Positions 59,365 through 64,000 of a stretch of DNA of 64,000 nt are shown in pieces. Numbering within the stretch: the stretch's first letter is position 1; every line of letters begins with the position of its first letter. The position numbers and the translations under genes are program-made. Under the pieces are notes generated by a model. That model was not told the DNA's origin. It saw only the letters and a list, made by a program, of their open reading frames with translations, and did not search any database. This stretch comes from Candidatus Bathyarchaeota archaeon (GTDB lineage: Archaea; Thermoproteota; Bathyarchaeia; Bathyarchaeales; Bathycorpusculaceae), in assembly GCA_963775685.1 (NCBI GenBank), contig CAVZJV010000014.1:1888001-1952000 (forward strand), written 5' to 3'.

Positions 59365-59561
59365 GAGAAAACCAAAATGCAGATGGTTACTATTGCCCTC
59401 ATCACCAATCTAAAGCCAAAGCTATTCCTTTTTATTTAAAGGACACAAGCGATTAATATTTAACTTCGTTTACAAAAAATGATTTTTCTAGCATGTAAAA
59501 AATTTAAAAAGAATCCAAAAAATGGAAGAATAGAGGTGTGGGTTCTAATTAATAATCCAGT

Positions 59562-59852
59562 TTATTTTTTGATTAGAGTTATCTCCATTGTGGAAACCAT
59601 TCTGGACTTGCTCTCTCCCTCACGAGGTGGCATCTCGACTGTTCCGATGGCAATCTTGCTAACTTTAAGGTCTTTAACAAAACGGTTTCTTGTGATTTCA
59701 GCTACGTCAACAGCGGTGGTTATGGCTTGACCTCTTGCTTTCAGGGTAATTTCTTTTAGATTTCCTGCTGAGAGGCTCGTGATGATTGCCAGAACATAAC
59801 TCATTGGAGGTTTGTTTCCTACGAAGATAACATCTGCATTCTTTTCTGTCAT
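59562..59852 (-). CDS. albA: Chromatin protein Alba
   Basis: VGNKPPMSYVLA, LKARG.AI..AVDVAEI.R.RF, VSTMEI. True start is ATG 59852 after AGGAG; the track ORF is over-extended. Confidence 0.95.
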   Translation of the reverse strand: MTEKNADVIFVGNKPPMSYVLAIITSLSAGNLKEITLKARGQAITTAVDVAEITRNRFVKDLKVSKIAIGTVEMPPREGESKSRMVSTMEITLIKK

Positions 59853-60051
59853 TTTATTTCTCCTATATGTTGCTTCGTGTAACGTTGCTGGTGTGCGCTT
59901 TGTTGCACAACAGAACGTCAAGGGCAAAATATGCAGATTCTTCCTTATAAGTCGATTGAAAAGGCACCCTTCGACAAACAAAATGTTCAACAAATAGGTA
60001 AGAAAGGCTTTTCTATAGCCATTCATTATTGAGCAATAACACCTGTTCCAG

Positions 60052-60681
60052 TTGATAGTACAATTGCTAACTAAACTGAAGAAGAAAGTCCAAGAAATGC
60101 TCACCACCGAAGCTAAAATTGCCCACAAGTTAGGTTTTTCTCCTAACGGCATAAGCATTGTTGGCTTCATCTTGGCATTTGTTGCCGCACTTTCTTATGC
60201 CTTAACTTCAGTCCAGCAACATTGGCTTCTCATTTTAGCTGTAATTTTCCTTTTAGCTTCTGGGTTTTGTGACACTTTAGACGGCATAGTTGCTCGAACC
60301 TTTGGGCAAACAACCGTTTTCGGAGGTTTTTTTGATTCAGTTTTAGACAGATACGCGGATGCTGCAGTCTACGCAGCCATAATCCTCGCTGGCTTATGCA
60401 ATCAAATTTGGGGCTTAGCCGCTTTAGTGGGCTCCATACTAGTTAGCTATACCCGCGCAAGAGCAGAAGCAGCAGGATTAAAAATGGAGTCAGTGGGTTT
60501 CGCTGAACGAGCAGAACGTATGCTTATCTTGGCAGGAGCATCCATAATCGCATTCTGGTGGCTTCCAGCCTTAAACTACGGCATAATCCTATTGGCCATA
60601 ATATCAAATATAACAGTTATACAAAGAGCTCTATATGTTTACAAAACATTAAAGAAAAAAAGCAGCAGTATAGCCGCTTAA
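60052..60681 (+). CDS. CDP-alcohol phosphatidyltransferase (archaetidylinositol phosphate synthase-like)
   Basis: DTLDGIVAR...G.FFDSVLDRYAD motif, SYTRARAE, ERAER. Confidence 0.92.
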   Translation: MIVQLLTKLKKKVQEMLTTEAKIAHKLGFSPNGISIVGFILAFVAALSYALTSVQQHWLLILAVIFLLASGFCDTLDGIVARTFGQTTVFGGFFDSVLDRYADAAVYAAIILAGLCNQIWGLAALVGSILVSYTRARAEAAGLKMESVGFAERAERMLILAGASIIAFWWLPALNYGIILLAIISNITVIQRALYVYKTLKKKSSSIAA

Positions 60682-60971
60682 TACCTTCTCTTATAACCTT
60701 TTGAGTGTCTTTCGTTTTCGGCGCGAACCTTAACGATGCCGCGGTGAACCGCACAAGAGATACAATAGAATTTTGTGTCTACCCACGAGGCTAGATATGT
60801 GCCGCTTTGCCTGAGCTCTTTAGCTAATTGCGGCTCAACAAAAGATACGCGGCGAGTGGAGCGTTTTGCTTTATCTCGTGGCACCGAAGCCCCGCAATTT
60901 GCGCATTGAACTAAAGTGCTGCTTCCTTTGCTTCCTTTTGATCTTCCTCGGCTTTTTCGTTTAACGGGCAT
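60678..60971 (-). CDS. rps26e: 30S ribosomal protein S26e
   Basis: MP.KRKSRGR.KG, CANCG..VPRDKA, YCISCAVH. Confidence 0.95.
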   Translation of the reverse strand: MPVKRKSRGRSKGSKGSSTLVQCANCGASVPRDKAKRSTRRVSFVEPQLAKELRQSGTYLASWVDTKFYCISCAVHRGIVKVRAENERHSKGYKRRY

Positions 60972-61021
60972 TATTTTGACCTCTTATCTTTTCTAACATT
61001 CCATTTATTAACTTAACTATC

Positions 61022-61909
61022 TTATATATCTGACCTTAATTTTAGCAGAGAAGCAATGTTTGCGTTCTGAGTTATCTGGGGAACAATTTTTCCATCGGGC
61101 GAAGTCATTAGAGTTGTAACTCCTGGACCGTGACCCGCAGTTACACAGTTTGTATGAACAACCACCCCCACAGATACCGCGCCTTGACGGTAAATTCTAC
61201 CAAACGAGTGGTCAGCGTCAATGATGGCAACTAAATCGCCAAGCCTCAAATTTCCAAGCCCATATTGATCAATGACTGCCTCATCGAACAGTTGAATATC
61301 GTAGTCACCAGAGTTAACTTGGTTTGCGCCTAACCCTGAACCCATAATCGCTGCGGGTACAATATGCGTAACAGGCACCTCAATCTTGGCACCGTTGGAC
61401 CTGGGATTCCAGGCCTCAAGCAAGCGTGGATCAACATTGAGTACTTTGATTTCTGGGAAATCCAAAAGCTTCAAACCAGTTCCATAAGCTTTGACAAGAA
61501 TTCTGTCGCCAAGTAAAAGGTTCTCTAAAACCTCAGAGGGAAAATCTACTAAAACATGCTCTATTCCTCCATGTTTACCTGTGATGACGCCTTTAGCTCC
61601 TTTCGCGTTTCCTGTCGCTACGGTTGCAGTGTTTCCAACACATGAGAGAACGTTGAAGGCAGTGTTGGCGGCTTGTCCGGAACGGGGATCATTTTCTTTG
61701 TTTTCCACACTAACGCAAGGCTCTACATGGTCTGCTTCCCATCCGCACGCTGGGTCTCCGACTCGTACGTTATAGGTTATGCCACCTACCCCTGGAAGCA
61801 CTATAGGTTTTCCCGTAGCAGAAATGTTGTATACTGAGCGTATGGTTGGGCTGGCAATTTCGCCCATAACTGAGATTTTTATTAATCTTTCAGCGTTTGT
61901 TTTAAGCAT
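61022..61909 (-). CDS. DUF4438 family protein
   Basis: PGVGGITYNV.VGD, DHVEP, GKHGG, MGSGLG, GDYDI, GHGPG. Start set at ATG 61909 (MLKTN). Confidence 0.8.
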   Translation of the reverse strand: MLKTNAERLIKISVMGEIASPTIRSVYNISATGKPIVLPGVGGITYNVRVGDPACGWEADHVEPCVSVENKENDPRSGQAANTAFNVLSCVGNTATVATGNAKGAKGVITGKHGGIEHVLVDFPSEVLENLLLGDRILVKAYGTGLKLLDFPEIKVLNVDPRLLEAWNPRSNGAKIEVPVTHIVPAAIMGSGLGANQVNSGDYDIQLFDEAVIDQYGLGNLRLGDLVAIIDADHSFGRIYRQGAVSVGVVVHTNCVTAGHGPGVTTLMTSPDGKIVPQITQNANIASLLKLRSDI

Positions 61910-61997
61910 AAATGTTCCTCTTTGGGCTTGTGGTCTATCCCTGGAGGGTAATAAAAACTTCATGGTGTCTTTTTTGGATTTAAGCAACTCTTAAATT

Positions 61998-62642
61998 ATG
62001 CCCTTCTTTTATGTTCACATAGAAGAAGCTAAGCTAACTAAAATTGTGGGGAGCGAATTAACCATGTCTGAACTTGGATTGGGAACGAAGATGTTGGTTA
62101 GGGACATTATGAGTAGCCCTGTCGTAACCATGGACGAGGATGAAACCACCAACAAAGCTGCCTCAAACATGGACATGCATGATTTAGGCGCCGTTATAGT
62201 CACCAATAAAGCAGGAAAATCAATAGGCATCATAACTGAACGAGACTTAGTTCTTAGGGTGATAGCTAAAAACCTCAAGCCAGATACTGTTAAAGCTAAA
62301 GAAATCATGACTACCCCTCTGGTTACCGTAGAACCTGAAGCAACAATAAGCGATGCTGCAAGACGAATGACAAGACTCGATATTAGAAGGCTCGTTGTGA
62401 TCTATAAAGGAAACCTTGTCGGCATAATCTCAAGCAAAGATATCTTAGGTGTAATGCCTGAGCTTATCGAGATAATGCAGGAACGTTCACGTATCGAAGG
62501 CGCAGCCCAAACCGAAGAAGTCGAGGAAGCTCCTCTTTCTGGATATTGCGACCGCTGCGATGAATATTCTGAAAGTCTAAAGGAACGTAACGGACAAAAC
62601 ATCTGTGATGAATGTCGCATCGAGTTTGAACAAGAAAAATAA
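61998..62642 (+). CDS. CBS-pair protein with a C-terminal Cys motif (probable start ATG ~62064)
   Basis: VRDIMS, GIITERD, EIMT.P, GIIS.KDI; CDRC...CDEC tail. Confidence 0.88.
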   Translation: MPFFYVHIEEAKLTKIVGSELTMSELGLGTKMLVRDIMSSPVVTMDEDETTNKAASNMDMHDLGAVIVTNKAGKSIGIITERDLVLRVIAKNLKPDTVKAKEIMTTPLVTVEPEATISDAARRMTRLDIRRLVVIYKGNLVGIISSKDILGVMPELIEIMQERSRIEGAAQTEEVEEAPLSGYCDRCDEYSESLKERNGQNICDECRIEFEQEK

Positions 62643-62724
62643 ACCATCTTCTCTTTCAATTAATTTATTCAAATAAACTTTAAATTGTCAAACTACCCGG
62701 TATTCATTGTATACGTGAGGCCCT

Positions 62725-64000
62725 TTGATTGTTGATTCTGTTTTCATAAACGCCAAAGCCTATCTCCACGAGCAAATTGTCGATTGCGGCATAGCTATCG
62801 AAGAAGGTAAGATCCAAAAAATTGGCAAAGAAACCCAAATGCCGAAAGCCGACCAAAGAACTGACTTGCATAATCTTTTGGTTTTGCCAGGGTTGATTGA
62901 TGAACATGTCCATTTGCGCGATGAAGGCAGGGCGTACAAGGAAGATTTTTCCTCAGGAACTGCCGCTGCCGCTGCGGGTGGCTTCTCCACGGTTTTGGAT
63001 ATGCCGAATAATGATCCCGTCACAATGAATGTTGAAACCCTGCGCAACCGCATGGGAATTGCCCAAAGAAAAATCCTCGTTAACGTGGGCTTCTACTCTG
63101 AGTTTCCCAAAAAACTGCCCGAAGTGCAGGATATCGTTGGTTTGGGCGCGATTGGGTTCAAGTTGTTTATGGGTTCCCAAGTTGGAGGCTTAAACGTTGA
63201 CAATGACCAAGCCTTGCAAGAAGGGTTCAAAGAGGTTGCCAAATCGAATGTACCCTTAGCGGTCCATGCTGAGGATAAAGTCTCACTGACGGCAAATGAG
63301 GAAAAACTAAAACAAGCCAAAAAAAATGGCGTCGCCGACTTTCTGAGGGCTCACACAGAAACGGTCGAGCAAAACGCAATCCAAAGGCTCCTAAACCTAA
63401 GCGAGCAAACTGAGGTGCGGCTGCATTTCTGCCATGTCACCAGCCAAGAAGGCTTAAACACAATCGCCCAAGCAAAAAAATTGGGCAGAAAAGTAACTTG
63501 CGAAGTTACCCCAAACCACCTATTGCTAACCATCGAAGATGTAAAGCGCCTTGGGCAAATGGCGATTATGGCACCCCCAGTGCGCAACAAAACTCACACC
63601 GATGCCTTATGGAAGGATTTAGAAGATAACACCGTAGACACGATAGGTTCCGACCATGCACCCCACACTGTAAGCGAGAAGTCAGAGGAGAACATCTGGG
63701 ACGTAAAAGTCGGCGTTCCCGGATTAGAAACTACATTGCCACTTATGATTACTCAGGTGAGGAAGAATCGGTTAACTTTAACAAAAGCAGTTCAATTGCT
63801 TGCCGAAAAACCAGCAGAAATTTATGGGCTTGCTGACCGTGGACGCTTGGAACAAGGGAAAAACGCAGACTTAACCGTGGTAGATTTTAATCGGCAATTC
63901 AAAATTGACGCTTCTAAATTCAAGTCCAAAGCCAAGTTTTCGCCCTACGATGGCTGGGTTGTTCATGGCAAAGTGGTAAAAACCATAGTGAACGGGCAAG
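62725..64000 (+). CDS. pyrC: Dihydroorotase family cyclic amidohydrolase (runs off the window end)
   Basis: Manual translation gives LPGLIDEHVHLRD, AAAAGGF..V.DMPN, HAED, CEVTPNHL, PPVR, GSDHAPH, GVPGLET. Confidence 0.88.
   Translation, partial: MIVDSVFINAKAYLHEQIVDCGIAIEEGKIQKIGKETQMPKADQRTDLHNLLVLPGLIDEHVHLRDEGRAYKEDFSSGTAAAAAGGFSTVLDMPNNDPVTMNVETLRNRMGIAQRKILVNVGFYSEFPKKLPEVQDIVGLGAIGFKLFMGSQVGGLNVDNDQALQEGFKEVAKSNVPLAVHAEDKVSLTANEEKLKQAKKNGVADFLRAHTETVEQNAIQRLLNLSEQTEVRLHFCHVTSQEGLNTIAQAKKLGRKVTCEVTPNHLLLTIEDVKRLGQMAIMAPPVRNKTHTDALWKDLEDNTVDTIGSDHAPHTVSEKSEENIWDVKVGVPGLETTLPLMITQVRKNRLTLTKAVQLLAEKPAEIYGLADRGRLEQGKNADLTVVDFNRQFKIDASKFKSKAKFSPYDGWVVHGKVVKTIVNGQ

Noticed and set aside
59853-60170. 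Long N-terminal extension of Alba in the ORF track
   Set aside because: It overlaps the divergent CDP-alcohol phosphatidyltransferase gene, and the real start is ATG 59852.

Overview
This is an archaeal chromosomal segment, most consistent with Bathyarchaeia (TACK). That assignment is inferred from eS26, eS24, eS31, eS6 and eS1, Spt4, Rpo7, aIF2-gamma, Alba, class I LysRS, Fae-Hps, CofD and an expanded family of secreted PQQ-like beta-propeller proteins. Housekeeping blocks are rpl3-rpl4-rpl23-rpl2-rps19, the rps6e/aIF2g/PIN/rpoE/spt4/DPCK/rps24e/rps27ae cluster, tmk, lysS, serS, pyrC and three tRNAs. These alternate with two accessory loci encoding four paralogous ~870-950 aa membrane-anchored beta-propeller proteins. 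The best candidate for a new system starts at the two paralogs at 5.6 kb and 11.4 kb. Each has divergent tandem-domain Lrp/AsnC regulator gene(s) upstream and a ~115-nt structured non-coding element directly downstream (8491-8606 and 14072-14185). The unpaired segments of this element are identical in both copies. They are exactly complementary to the RBS, start codon and second AUG of the paralog at 48507, and to the two AUG blocks of the paralog at 45626. Those two distant paralogs share a promoter and a covarying 5'-UTR hairpin. This suggests small-RNA cross-regulation (antisense silencing or leader mimicry) among surface-protein paralogs. A second unexplained structured RNA lies at ~18298-18415. 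Single-base frameshifts in rpl3 and an HD-domain gene suggest assembly errors, so pseudogene calls need caution.
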